64,000 nucleotides of DNA. It comes from an uncultured Candidatus Rokubacteria bacterium. GTDB lineage: Bacteria; Methylomirabilota; Methylomirabilia; Rokubacteriales; CSP1-6. The notes below the pieces were generated by a model. The model was not told the DNA's origin, searched no databases, and saw only the letters and a list, made by a program, of their open reading frames with translations. The translations under genes and the position numbers were made by a program. The stretch lies in NCBI GenBank assembly GCA_963789955.1, contig CAWBMV010000034.1, forward strand, positions 64,001 through 128,000, in the 5' to 3' direction. Shown here piece by piece: positions 52,379 to 63,802 of this stretch. Position 1 is the first letter of the stretch. Every line of letters begins with the position of its first letter.

Positions 52379-53566
52379 TGGATGACGCCTTTGCTCTTGA
52401 GGCTTCGCACGTCGTCGAGCGTGTAGCCGAGCCAGGTGAGGACGTCGCCGCTGTGCTCGCCGAGGAGCGGAGGCACGCGGCGCACCGCCGGCCGCACGCC
52501 GTCCCACGTGAGCGGCAGGCCGATGCTCCGGTAGTCGGGCAGGCGCGGGTGGGCGGCGCGGACGACGACGCCGCTCTCGCGCGTCTGCGGCTCCTCGAGC
52601 ATCTGGTCGACGTTCAGGATCGGAGAGGCCGGCACGCCGGCGACGCGAAGCGCCTCGACGAGCTCGGCCGCTTTGCGCTGCCGCGTGCGGGCCGAGAGCG
52701 CCTCGACGAGCGCGCCGCGATTGGTCACCCGGGAAGGGTTGTCCTTGAACCGCGCGTCTTGGGCGAGCTCGGGGCAGCCGAGCGCCGCCGCGAGCTTCGC
52801 GAACAGCGCGTCGGAGCCCGCGCCGATCATCGCGAAACCGTCGGCCGTCGGGAAGGCCTGATAGGGCGCGATCATCGCGGTGCCGGAGCCCTGCGCCTGC
52901 GGCACGGCGCCCGAGGCCATGTAGCCCATGGCGTGGTAGGACATCCACATCAGAGCGGTCTCGAAGAGCGCGGTCGTCACCTCGATCGCGCGCCCGGTCG
53001 CATCGCGCTGGCGAAGCGCGGCGACGATTCCGAGCGCCGCCCACATGCCGGTGCCCATGTCGACGATCGACGTCCCCACGCGCGCCGGCTCCTGATCGGG
53101 ATGGCCGTTGACCGACATCAAGCCGCTGTAGGCCTGCATCAGCGGATCGTACCCGGGCAAGTGGCTGAGCGGTCCGCGGGCGCCGAACGCGGTGATCGAG
53201 CAGTACACGACTCTCGGGTTGATGCGCGAGGCCCCGGCGAAGTCGAGCCCAAGCTCGTCGATGGCGCCCGGTCGGAGGCTCTGGACGAACACGTCGGCGC
53301 GGCCGACCAGACGGTGCAGAACCTCGAGCCCGCCTGGCGACTTCAGGTCGAGGGCCAGGCTTTTCTTGTTGCGATTCAACGAGATGAAGGTGGCGCTCTC
53401 GCGGCCCCAGTACGGGCGGGGCCCAGGCCCTGGCGTCGTCCCCGCGGCCGGGCCGCTCGATCTTGACGACCTCGGCCCCCATATCTCCAAGGGTTTGCGT
53501 GCAGAACGGCCCCGCCACGTTCTGGGTCAGGTCCGCGACGACGATGCCCTCCAAGGGGTGCGCCAC
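52375..53566 (-). CDS. CaiB/BaiF CoA-transferase (frameshift near 53420)
   Basis: [38 protein letters not shown]. Confidence 0.9.
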
Positions 53567-53681
53567 GCCAGGAGTCTATCACCGCGCAGGCGCTCGAAAA
53601 CCGGCGGCTCCCCGCCCTTTTCGGAGGTGTCCGGACTGTTTGGCACCTGCCGGAGCCCCGCGTTAGAATCGATTCAACCCC

Positions 53682-55448
53682 ATGGCTCCAAACGCTGATG
53701 ACTTGGCGAAACGCGTCGCGGCACTGAGTGAACACCTGTCGACTCTCGCTGGCACGCTTGCCCAGGCTACTCAGCAGCTGCAGGGAGGAACCGTCCCGAG
53801 CGAGGCGCTCGTCGACGAAATCACCAAAGTCCGCACGGATTTCCTCGAAGTTCGTCAGCGTGTCATGGAGACCGCGCGCTCGCTTTCGATCAACCTCCCG
53901 GCCATCTCGGAAATCGATAGCCTGAGGACGCTCGAGCCGTTGCTCGACGCCGTTGTTCAAGCGCTGGCGGCCGAGGAAAAGCGGGCGGCCCTATCGGAGG
54001 CACGCACCCGGGTCATGGCGGTACTGGACCGGGTCGTGACGATCAGCCATTCGGATGGTCCGAACTTCGCGGCGCTGGTCCAGTGCCTGGTGAAGGCCAA
54101 GGAGATCCGCCAGGCCGCTCAGGACCCCAAGGCGTTCGACTCCGAGCAAGCCCCCGCGTTTCTGGACAACATCCCGGCGTTCGCCGCCTTGCTGTCGATC
54201 ATCGAAGGACGCGACGCTCTCGACGACGACAAGTTCGCCGTTCTGGACGAGGCGGTGACCACGGCCTTCGGGCGGACTCTTGCGGTCGCGGCGGCCCGCG
54301 GCAAGCTCACGATTGGCGCGGCCAAGGCCCCCGCTCCTGCACCGGTCGTGGAGCGCGCAACCCCACCGGCCCCAAAGGAGCCGGCGCCTCGCCCCGCGGC
54401 CCCCGCGCCGGCGGCGCCAGCTCGGACAGGGGTGCTCACGTCCACACCGGCTCCAGTTCCCGCGGCAGCTCCCGCGCGGAACATCATCATCACGGAGACG
54501 CGCGACGAACCCCTCGACGCCGTCCAGGCGCGCGAGTCGAGCCCGGCCCAGCCGGCGCAACCGGCCGAGCAGGCGCCGCACGACGAGGCGGCGCAGTGGT
54601 GGGTGTCGGCGTGGGCGCGCTGGACGAAGTGGAAGGGCACGCTCGCCTTCGACGCCGCCGTCAAGGAAGAGCTCGGCAAGTTCAACTACGTCCTCAGCGT
54701 CCCGATCCAGAAGAGCACGGACTACGAGGAAGGCCTGCTCGCGTACGGGTACTCGATCCTCCTCGATCACATCGAGCACCGGTTCTCCGGCTTCGTGAAC
54801 AAGGCACTGAACAGCCTCAAGACGTTCCAGCCCGGCGCGGCCGGCGCGCAGCGATCGGTCGGCGCGCACCTCTACAACGTGCTCGTGAGCGAGGGGCGCC
54901 TGGCGGAGATCTATCCCGAGTTCGTCAAGAACGTGATGCTCGCGGCCGTCCCCGAGCCCGGTCTCTGGACCCACGCGCGCATTCTCGAGTCGACGACCGA
55001 GACGCGGATCTTCACCCATCCGAGCAACCGGATCGGCGATCCCGAGCACAATTCTCAGCGGCTGACGCAGGAGCGGCAGCGCTTCGCCGACCATCGCTTC
55101 CCCGTCGTGGTGGCGCCGATCACGGCGCGGTTCTTCGCGATCGCCGCCGATCTACGCGAGCCGCGGTCGATCGACGTGAAGCTGGTGGACGGGCGCAGCG
55201 ACTCCGATCACGCGTGGCTCTTGACCATGCCGCCGGTCGGCCGGGCCGATCTGAAGTCGGAGATGCTGCGGCTCTTCCCGGAAGGAACCTCGGTGCCGGG
55301 GCTGGGACGGGACTACGCGACGTTGTGGGTGGCGGTGTTCAACCCGGATCCGACCACTGAGAAGAAGTACGAGCTGACCTTGAGCCTCAAGCAGTCAGCC
55401 GCGACCAAGCAGTCGGCCGGAACCTTCCGCTCGGCGCGGACCGCCTGA
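53682..55448 (+). CDS. Hypothetical 588-aa two-domain protein with Pro/Ala linker
   Basis: Long ORF with genome-typical codon use; helical N-terminal domain, linker, alpha/beta C-terminal domain; family not recognised. Confidence 0.8.
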   Translation: MAPNADDLAKRVAALSEHLSTLAGTLAQATQQLQGGTVPSEALVDEITKVRTDFLEVRQRVMETARSLSINLPAISEIDSLRTLEPLLDAVVQALAAEEKRAALSEARTRVMAVLDRVVTISHSDGPNFAALVQCLVKAKEIRQAAQDPKAFDSEQAPAFLDNIPAFAALLSIIEGRDALDDDKFAVLDEAVTTAFGRTLAVAAARGKLTIGAAKAPAPAPVVERATPPAPKEPAPRPAAPAPAAPARTGVLTSTPAPVPAAAPARNIIITETRDEPLDAVQARESSPAQPAQPAEQAPHDEAAQWWVSAWARWTKWKGTLAFDAAVKEELGKFNYVLSVPIQKSTDYEEGLLAYGYSILLDHIEHRFSGFVNKALNSLKTFQPGAAGAQRSVGAHLYNVLVSEGRLAEIYPEFVKNVMLAAVPEPGLWTHARILESTTETRIFTHPSNRIGDPEHNSQRLTQERQRFADHRFPVVVAPITARFFAIAADLREPRSIDVKLVDGRSDSDHAWLLTMPPVGRADLKSEMLRLFPEGTSVPGLGRDYATLWVAVFNPDPTTEKKYELTLSLKQSAATKQSAGTFRSARTA

Positions 55449-55450
55449 GC

Positions 55451-55864
55451 TCAGGACTTCGAGGGTTCGGCCGCCTTCGGCTGCTCCGCGAGCTTCGCTG
55501 ACTCCACAGGCTTGGCGTGGTCGGCCTGGCGCGGCTGGTCCCCAGGCCCGGAGCGATCGAACGGGCTCCGCCGCGGCGTGATGCCGAGCTTCGCAGCGAT
55601 CTGTCCCATCGCCTGAGCGATCTCGTCCTTCTCGAGCCGGAGCAGGTGGTTCTCCCGCTTCAGCTCCTCGATGTCCTTGTGAAGCTTGTCGACTTCCTTC
55701 TGTGCTGAGGCGCCCGCGTGGTGGTCGCCCGCGATCAGCTCGGGCAAGAGACTGAAAATCTGGCGCGTCTCCTCGATCCACTTCGCGACTCGCTCTCGCG
55801 CTTCAGCAGCGGATGTAGGGTCCATGACCATCCTCGTCTGCTCCGGGGCGCGGTCCGTCGCCAC
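55451..55864 (-). CDS. Hypothetical coiled-coil protein
   Basis: Heptad stretch KEVDKLHKDIEELKRENHLLRLEKDEI. Confidence 0.7.
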   Translation of the reverse strand: MATDRAPEQTRMVMDPTSAAEARERVAKWIEETRQIFSLLPELIAGDHHAGASAQKEVDKLHKDIEELKRENHLLRLEKDEIAQAMGQIAAKLGITPRRSPFDRSGPGDQPRQADHAKPVESAKLAEQPKAAEPSKS

Positions 55865-55981
55865 ATGTCATTGGCCGGAAGGCCGACGGCAGCCTGCTAG
55901 CCCGTGGGGATTGCAACACTCGTAGGATAGCAGCCTAGCATCGGCGTTCTGAAATTAGCAATCGAGCGCCCGACCGGGCGG

Positions 55982-56536
55982 TCAGGGCGTCGCTGGGGCG
56001 GCCAGGACGGCTTCGATAAACTGGCGTCCCTTTGGACTATCCCAGGGTTTGGGCCCGGTGGCCCGCCCGACCAGACGGCCCTGGCGGTCCACGATGTATA
56101 CGGTCGGCGGCCCCCACACCCCGTAGACCTTCCCGGTCACGTCGCCGCTCTCGTCGATCAGGACCGGGGCGACGTAGCCGCGCTCCTTGACGGTCTGCCG
56201 AACCTTGTCGGGAGCTTCCCGGAAGTCGATGAGGAGAACTTCGAGACCCTTACCTTTGTAGTCCTGGTAGAGCTTCTGGACGGGAGGCAACTCCTCCCGG
56301 CAGGTGGGTCACCACGTGGCCCAGAAGAAGAGCATCACGACCTTGCCTCGATAGTCCGCGAGGCTAACCGTCTTTCCAGCCAGATCCGGGAGCGAGAACG
56401 CCGGCGCCGCCTTGGGAGGCGTGTACGGCTGCACCTGCACGCTCTCGAAGTCCGGCGGAGCGGCCGCCCATGGGGAAACGGTCGACGACGCGACCAGGGC
56501 CAGAGCGAGGACTGCGACCGGCAAGAGTGACCTCAT
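55982..56536 (-). CDS. TlpA/ResA-like thiol-disulfide oxidoreductase, selenoprotein (UxxC; TGA 56309-56311)
   Basis: [38 protein letters not shown] in frame; [12 protein letters not shown]. Confidence 0.9.
56281..56299 (-). promoter_or_regulatory. Bacterial SECIS-like hairpin
   Basis: CGGGAGG-AGUUG-CCUCCCG starting after a 9-nt spacer from UGA. Confidence 0.72.
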
Positions 56537-56569
56537 GTGCGCAGCGTACCGCATGACGCCAGCCCGCGG

Positions 56570-58924
56570 CTATTTCCGCCCGCGAATCGCCCGCACGACA
56601 CGCTCGGGCGTGATCGGCTGCTCCGTGAGCATCACGCCGAGCGGTGCCAGCGCATCGTTGACGGCGTTGAGGATCGCGGCGGGCGCGCCGGTCGCGCCCG
56701 CTTCGCCGGCGCCCTTGAACCCGCCGGCGATTCCCGGCGCCGGCGTCTCGATGTGGTGGGTCTCGATCGGCGGGACGTCGGCGAAGGTCGGCACGGCGTA
56801 GTCCATCAACGTCGCCGACAGCAGCTGCCCGGCGTCGTCGTAGACGCAGTGCTCCTTGAGCACGCCGCCGAGGCCCTGCGCGATCCCGCCGGCGATCTGG
56901 CCCTCGACGAGCGCGGGATTGACGATGCGCCCGCAGTCGTCCACCGCCACATAGCGCAGCACGCGCACCTGACCCGTCTCGACGTCGATCTCGACGACGG
57001 CGAGGTGGGCGCCGTTGGTGAAAGTCCACGCTCCGGGGTTCGTATAGTGCACGGTCGCCTCGAGGCTCGGCTCGACCCCGCGGAGCTCGTTCGACCGGAA
57101 GTGCGCGGCGCGCGCGAGCTCGGCGTAGCTCAGCCCGCGTTCGGGGCTCCCACGGACGGCGGCGCGGCCTCCGCCGAGCTCGATGTCGGCGGCATGCGCC
57201 TCGAGCAGCGCCGCCGCGACGGTTCGGATGCGCTCGCCCAGCGCCCGCGCGGCGAGCAACGTCGCGCTTCCGCCGATCGGCATGCCGCGGCTCGCCCAGG
57301 TGCCTCCGCCGTACGGCACGACGGCGGTGTCCCCCGAAAACACCGCCACGTCGTCGAGCGGAACATCGAGCTCGTCGGCGATGATCTGCGCGAGCGCCGT
57401 GTGGGTGCCCTGGCCCTGGTTGGTGACGCCGACGAGGGCCGTGACGGCGCCACCCGGCTCGAGCCGCACGGTCGTTCCCTCCTGGCCCGAGATCGGCGCG
57501 CCCCCGACGCCGTAGAACTGGGCGCCCGGGCCGGTGAGCTCGACGAAGCAGGCGAGCCCGATTCCCACGTGGCGCCCTCCGGCGCGCGCGGCCTTCTGTT
57601 CCCGCCGCAGCCGATCGTAGTCGGCGGCCTCCAGGAGTCGCGCCAGCGCGGCTTGATAGCTGCCGCTGTCGAAGACGTTGCCGGCCGCCGAGGTGTAGGG
57701 AAGATCTTCGGGGTTCACCAGATTTCGGCGGCGCGCCTCGGCCGGATCGAGCCCGAGGTCGCGCGCGACGAGATCGACCATGCTCTCGGTCACCGCGGTG
57801 GCGATCGGATGTCCCACCGCGCGGTATTGCGAGGTGACGACCTTGTTCTGCGCCACCACGCGCAGGGCCGCGTCGTAGTTCCGCACGCGGTACGGGTCCG
57901 GGCAGTAGCCGCAGCACCTGGCCGCCCTCGACGACGCTCGAGCGCGGATACGCCGAGTACGGGCCGACCGCGGCGGTGATGCTCGCGCGCATCGCGGTCA
58001 GGACGCCATGGCCGTCGGCCGCGACCTCGATACGGATCGTCTGCTCGCGCGCGTGGATGTCGGACAGGAACGACTCGCGCCGGCTCGCGACGAACTTCAC
58101 GGGGCGGCCGAGCGTCAAGGCGAGGGCGCAGGCGGCCATGTCGTCCTGATAGACGTGGATCTTGATGCCGAAGCTCCCGCCGACGTCGGGCGCGATGACG
58201 CGCACGCGCTGCTCGCGAAGGCCGAACAGGTCCGCGAGCACCGCCTGCATCATGTGCGGCACCTGTGTGGAGATCCACACCGTGAGCGCGCGCGTGGCGG
58301 GCTCGTAGTCGGCGAGCAGGCTTCGCGGCTCGAGCGGCACGCCGGTGTGCCGGCCCGTCGTGAACGTGCGCTCCCAGACGCGCGCTCCGGCGGCGAAGGC
58401 GCGCTCCACGTCGCCCGCGGTGAGCCGCGTCTCGTAGAGCACGTTGTCGCCGAGCTCGGGGTGGATCAGCGGCGCGCCGGGCGCGAGCGCCGCGTCCGGC
58501 GAGAGCACCGCGGGCAGCGGCTCGTACTCGACGCCGATCAGCGCCGCGGCGTCGTCGGCCGCCGCGCGGGTCTCGGCGGCGATCGCGACGATCGGCTCGC
58601 CGACGTAGCGCACGCGGTCGACGGCGAGCGGCACGCATGGCGCCGGTCTTCATGCCCTTGTAGTGCAGGAGCACGCCGCGGTAGGGCTTGCAGAGCTTCG
58701 CGGCGTCGTCGCCGGTCAACACGGCCGACGACGCCGGGCGCGCGGCGGGCGCGGTCGAGGTCGACACGGACGAGGCGCGCGTGGGCGTGCAGGCTGCGAA
58801 CGAAGGCCGCGTGGACCATGCGGGGCAAGGTCACGTCGTCGACGTAGCGGCCGCGGCCGGTCAGCAGGCGGGGGTCGTCGCCGCGTTTGACGCGCGCTCC
58901 GATTCGGCCCGCCGGCGCCGGCAC
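56570..58924 (-). CDS. Xanthine dehydrogenase/CoxL-family molybdopterin-binding subunit (frameshifts near 58730, 58635, 57895)
   Basis: [50 protein letters not shown]. Confidence 0.9.
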
Positions 58925-59018
58925 GGGCGGAATCTATCACGATTGACACTCGCGGACCGCCCCCCTATCATCGGCGCGTTTCGAGACTGTTCACACCGCG
59001 CTCTCGACGGAGGTAGTC

Positions 59019-60242
59019 ATGCATCGACGCCAGTTCCTGACGACCGCAACGGCCGGCGCGACGTTCCTGGCCTTCCCCGCGGTGCTGCGGGCGCAGAGCA
59101 AGGATCCGCTCCGCATCGGCTTTCCGCTGCCGCTCACGGGCACCTTCGCCGCGATCGCCGCCGACATGCAGCGGGGCGCCCAGCTCGCGATGGAACGAGC
59201 TCAACGCGAAGGGCGGCGTCATGGGCCGCAAGGTCGAGGTCCTCTTCCGCGACGACGAGCTCAAGCCGGCGGTCGGCGCCCAGCGGACGAAGGAGCTGAT
59301 CGAGAACGAGAAGGTCGACTTCGTGGTCGGCGGGCTCGCCGCCCACGTGCAGATGGCGATCAACGAGCAGACCAAGGCCGCCAGGCAAGCTCTACATCTC
59401 GGTGAGCCAGTCCGACGAGATCAGCGCCAAGCCCGACACGAGCCCGCTCACGTTCCACGAGGCGCTCAACCCGACGCATCACCGGCCGCGCCGTCGGCGA
59501 ACGTTGGGCATGAAGAACCTCGGCAAGAAGTGGTGGATCGTCTACGCCGACTACGCGTGGGGCAAGCAGAACAACGCCGTGTTCACCGCCGTCGCGCCGA
59601 AGGCCGGCGGCACGGTGCTCGGCAGCACCCCGTATCCGCTCGGCAAGCCCGAGTTCTCGGCGCACCTGCCGAAGATCCAGGCCGCGAAGCCCGAGGTGAT
59701 CTCGCGGTGACCCCGGGCGCCGACGCGGTCCCCTTCCTCAAGCAGGCGATCAGCTTCGGCCTCAAGAAGGAGACGAAGATCGTCGTGCCGCTGCACTTCC
59801 TCGACTACACCAAGGAGGGCGGCGCCGACGTCTTCGCGGACATCTACGGCGCGACCAACTTCTACCGGGAGCTGGCCGAGACCATGCCCGCAGGCCAAGC
59901 GGTACGTCGACGCGTTACAGAAGAAGTTCAACAGGCTGCCCGACGCCTACTCGGGCTACGGCTACAGCGGCATCATGGAAGTCGCGCGCGGCGTCGAGCT
60001 GGCCAAGTCGACCGACTCCGACGCGGTGGCCAACGCGCTCCGCAAGAACCCCGTCTACGACCACTACAAGGGCAAGCAGTGGTGGCGGGCGTGCGACAAC
60101 AAGTCCTTCCAGGACCTCTGGATCGTCAAGGGCGGCGCTCGCAGCAGGTCAAGGGCGAGTGGGGCTTCTTCGACATCGTCGGCCAAGGTCGCCGGCCGAC
60201 GAGGAGCTCGACCGGACCTGCGCCGAGAAGGGTTTCGCCTAG
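59019..60242 (+). CDS. Branched-chain amino acid ABC substrate-binding protein with Tat signal (many frameshifts)
   Basis: MHRRQFL..PAVLRAQ, PLTG, DDELKP, ADYAWG. Confidence 0.8.
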
Positions 60243-60247
60243 CGCGC

Positions 60248-61137
60248 GTGCTCGACATCTCGCTGCGGCGCTCGCCGCCCAGGTCTTCACCGGCCTCGTC
60301 GCTGGGCGGCATCTTCGTCCTGATGGCGATCGGGCTCTCGCTGATCTTCGGGCTGATGACGGTGGTGAACTTCGCCCACGGCGTCCTTCTACATGCTGGG
60401 CGCCTACGTCGCGTTCACTCCTGCTCGGGCTGACCAAGAGCTTCTGGGCCGCGCTGATCCTGGCCCCGCTCGTGGTGGGCGCGCTCGGCTTCCTGGTCGA
60501 GCGCTTCCTGATCCGCCGGCTCTACGGCCGCAGCCCGGACGATCCGCTCCTGCTGACGTTCGGGCTGTCCCTCGGCCATGGTCGAGGCCGTGAAGCTCGT
60601 CTGGGGCAAGATCGGTCTCACCGTCGACCCGCCGCAAGCAGCTGGCCGGCGCCGTCGACCTCGGCTTCATGGACTTCCCCGTCTATCGGCTCTTCGTCAT
60701 CGCGGTGACCGCCGCTCGTGCTGGTCGGCGCTCTGGCTGTTCCTCGAGAAGACCAACGTCGGGCTCATCATCCGCGCGGGCTCGCGCGACGCGCTGATGG
60801 TGCGGGCCCTCGGCCTCGATCTCGGCCGGGTCTGGTTCCTCGTCTTCGGCATCGGGATCGGCATGGCCGGTCTGGCCGGCGTGCTGGCGGGCCCGATGCG
60901 CGGCGTCTACGCCGAGATGGGCGTCGAGATCATCATCGACTGGTTCGTGGTCGTGGTGGTGGGAGGCATGGGCAGTCTTCTCGGCGCGATCGTCGCCGGG
61001 CTGCTGATCGGCGAGATCGTGAGCCTCACGACGTTCTTCGCGCCCAGGCTCGCCGAGCTGTGATCTTCGTCGTGATGGCGATCGTGCTGCTGGTGCGGCC
61101 GAGCGGACTCTTCGGCGAGGCGGGGCTGGCCGAGTGA
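60248..61137 (+). CDS. LivH-like permease (many frameshifts)
   Basis: AIGLSLIFGLM.VVNFAHG, GLIIRAG, VVVVGGMGS. Confidence 0.8.
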
Positions 61138-62098
61138 TGCGCGCGGTCCGCACCGTCGCGGCGTGGGTGGCGGTCCACCCCGTGGCGTCCTTCGTCGTGT
61201 TCTTCGCGGTCTTTCCGTTCCTCGTCCCGTACCAGTCGCTCGCCACGCAGGTGCTGATCTTACGGGCTCTTCGCGCTGGGCTTCAACCTGCTCTACGGCT
61301 ACACCGGGCTCCTCTCGTTCGGCCACGCGGCGTACTACGGGCTCGGCGCCTACGGCACCGGCATCGCGCTGGCCAAGCTCAAGCTGACGTCGCTGCTGGC
61401 TGGCGCTCGGCCTCGGGCTGTCGGCGGCGATCGTCGGCGGCGCGCTGGTGGGATTCTTCTGCCTGCGCCGCCGCGGCATCTACTTCGCGATGCTGACGCT
61501 GGCCTTCGCCCAGATGCTCTACTTCATCGCCTTCCACGCCGCCGACCTGACCGGCGGCGACGACGGGCTGCGCGGGATCCCGCTGCATCCGCTCGGGCTG
61601 TTCGGCCTGTCGCTGTCGCTCCGCACGCCGCTGGCCTTCTATTTCTTCGCCTACGCGCTCGTCGTCCTCGCGGTCGCCGCCCTCAAGCGCATCCTCGATT
61701 CCCCGTTCGGCGCCGTGCTGCAGGCGATCCGCGAGAACAGCGATCGCGCCATGGCCTGCGGCTACGACATCAACCGGATCAAGCTGCTGTCGTTCGTCTT
61801 CTCCGCGCTGTTCGCCGGGCTCGCCGGCGCGCTCGACGCGCTGCGGCTCACCGTCGTGCCGGTCGACTCCTTGTACTGGACGACGTCCGGGCAGGTCGTG
61901 ATCATGACCCTGCTCGGAGGCGCCGGGACGTTCTTCGGACCCTTCGTCGGCGCCGCCACCTTCCTGATCCTGGCCGACCGCCTGAGCCTCGTGATCGAGG
62001 CCTGGCCGCTCGTGATCGGCATCGTCTTCATGGCGTTCGTCCTCTTCCTGCCCCGGGGAATCTGGGGCACGTTGACGGCGCGCGGGATCGAGCGATGA
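61137..62098 (+). CDS. LivM-like permease (frameshifted)
   Basis: GYTGLLSFGHA, IYFAMLTLAFAQM, TGGDDG, SPFG..LQAIREN. Confidence 0.85.
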
Positions 62099-63282
62099 GC
62101 GAGATCCAGCGCGCCGTCGTCGAGCGCGCCGAGCGGCTGACGCGAGAGCGGATCGCGCCGCGGGCCAACGAGTACGACGCCGCCGCGGCCAATCCGATCG
62201 AGAGCTGGCGCGACCTCTGGAGCGAGGGCTTTCTGGCCGGCGCGATCCCCGTGAGCCACGGTGGTCTCGGCCTCGACATGGCGACCTACATCGCGGTCAT
62301 CCGCGCGCTCGCCCGCGGCTGCGCCAGCACCGCCATGACCGTGCACATGCACTCGACGGTCATGCGATTCATCGACGCGGTCGGCACCGCGGCGCAGAAG
62401 GAACGCTATTTCGGCGAGGTCGTGCGCCACGGCAAGCTCTTCGGCAGCTGGGGCAGCGAGCCGGCGGTGAGCCTCTCGCGCGCGTTGCTCATGGAAACGG
62501 TGATTCGCCGCGACGGCGCCGGCTACGTGATCGACGGCGTGAAGCATTTCTGCACGATGGCGCTCGGCGCCGCGCACTACATGGTCTGGTGCGCGCTCGA
62601 CGGCGGCACCGACATGGCCAAGTCGCTCCAGCTCGCGCTGGTGCCAGCCGACGCGCCGGGAATCACCACCGACGGCAAGTGGGACACCCTGGGCATGCGC
62701 GCCACCTTCAGCCCGTCGGTGACGTTCACCGGAGTCCGCGTGCCCGGCGACGGCATGCTCGGCGATCCCGGCGCCGCGGTGCAGGTGGGTGTCATCGAGA
62801 GCTTCGCGCTCGGCTACGCGGCGGTGTACCTGGGCATCGCCGAGTCGGCGCTGGCCTTCGCGCTCGACTACGCCAAGAAGCGCGTCGTGAAGCCCGAGAA
62901 CATCGCGGTCGCCGCGGATCCGACCGTCCAGCGCCACATCGGCGAGCTGGCGGCACAGCTCGATGCCGCCGCGCTCGTCCTGGCCGATTCGGCCGCACGG
63001 TGGGACGGCGCGGATCTCGCCGAGCTCGGGCCGCTCGCCAACCGCGCCAAGTATCTGACGACCGAAGTCGGTCTCCATGTCACGTCGAAGGTCATTCAGG
63101 TCGTGGGCGGTCGCGGCGCCTACAAGGAATTTCCCGCCGAGCGCGCGTTTCGCGATCTCAGGACCTGCACCTTGATGCCGCCGACCGTCGATCGCATGCT
63201 GGAGGCGATCGGCAAGAGCGTGCTCGGCCTGGACACCGCGATGTTCAACGTCTCCGGACGCAAGCCCGCCGCCGGCCGCTGA
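62095..63282 (+). CDS. Acyl-CoA dehydrogenase-like flavoprotein
   Basis: GCASTAM.VHMH, GVKHFCT, WDTLGMRAT.S, ERAFRD. Confidence 0.88.
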   Translation: MSEIQRAVVERAERLTRERIAPRANEYDAAAANPIESWRDLWSEGFLAGAIPVSHGGLGLDMATYIAVIRALARGCASTAMTVHMHSTVMRFIDAVGTAAQKERYFGEVVRHGKLFGSWGSEPAVSLSRALLMETVIRRDGAGYVIDGVKHFCTMALGAAHYMVWCALDGGTDMAKSLQLALVPADAPGITTDGKWDTLGMRATFSPSVTFTGVRVPGDGMLGDPGAAVQVGVIESFALGYAAVYLGIAESALAFALDYAKKRVVKPENIAVAADPTVQRHIGELAAQLDAAALVLADSAARWDGADLAELGPLANRAKYLTTEVGLHVTSKVIQVVGGRGAYKEFPAERAFRDLRTCTLMPPTVDRMLEAIGKSVLGLDTAMFNVSGRKPAAGR

Positions 63283-63371
63283 CCAGGCCCCCCGAAATAC
63301 TCCGCCGATAGGGTCCGTCCAATGAGCCAGAGGGAAAGGCAAAGAAGTTGGCCCCCTCGGGAGGGACCGGC

Positions 63372-63764
63372 ATGAAAAAGATAACGATTCTCGCGCTCTT
63401 GGTGGCGCTACTCGTTCCCGGCGCGGCGTTCGCAGGACCCTCGACCGACGCGGCGCTCGGACTCGGCGCCTTTGCCGTCTTCAACCAGATCATTGCGGGT
63501 ACCGGCGTCTTCGGCGTGTTCGCACCGCCGGCGCCCCGTCCAGTCATCCTGCCGGCGCCGCCGCCGCCCGTGGCACCGCCGGTGATCGTGCACGAGTACC
63601 GTCCGGTCTACGTGCAGCCGCCGGTCTACGTGCGGCCGCCCGTCTACTACGCACCGCCGGTTCACCGCGTGTATCACGCGCCGGCGCGCGTCATCGTCAA
63701 GGAACGTGTTGTCGTGCCGGGTCACGCGTGGCGAGGCCACCCCGGCCGTGGTCGTAACTGGTAG
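63372..63764 (+). CDS. Exported Pro-rich hypothetical protein
   Basis: GGAGG RBS, MKKITILALL signal, GPSTDAALGLGAFAVFNQI, PPVY repeats. Confidence 0.75.
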   Translation: MKKITILALLVALLVPGAAFAGPSTDAALGLGAFAVFNQIIAGTGVFGVFAPPAPRPVILPAPPPPVAPPVIVHEYRPVYVQPPVYVRPPVYYAPPVHRVYHAPARVIVKERVVVPGHAWRGHPGRGRNW

Positions 63765-63802
63765 CCGCTGATAGCTGAGCGTTCGTCCGCCGGGACGCCG
63801 AC

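Noticed and set aside
49740..53566. Apparent 614-aa and 661-aa fusion ORFs
   Set aside because: Frameshift artefacts joining separate ACAD, CoA-transferase and hydratase genes to junk frames
53638..53660. TTGGCAC as a sigma54 promoter for the 588-aa gene
   Set aside because: GC is at N11 rather than N10 and TTGC is absent
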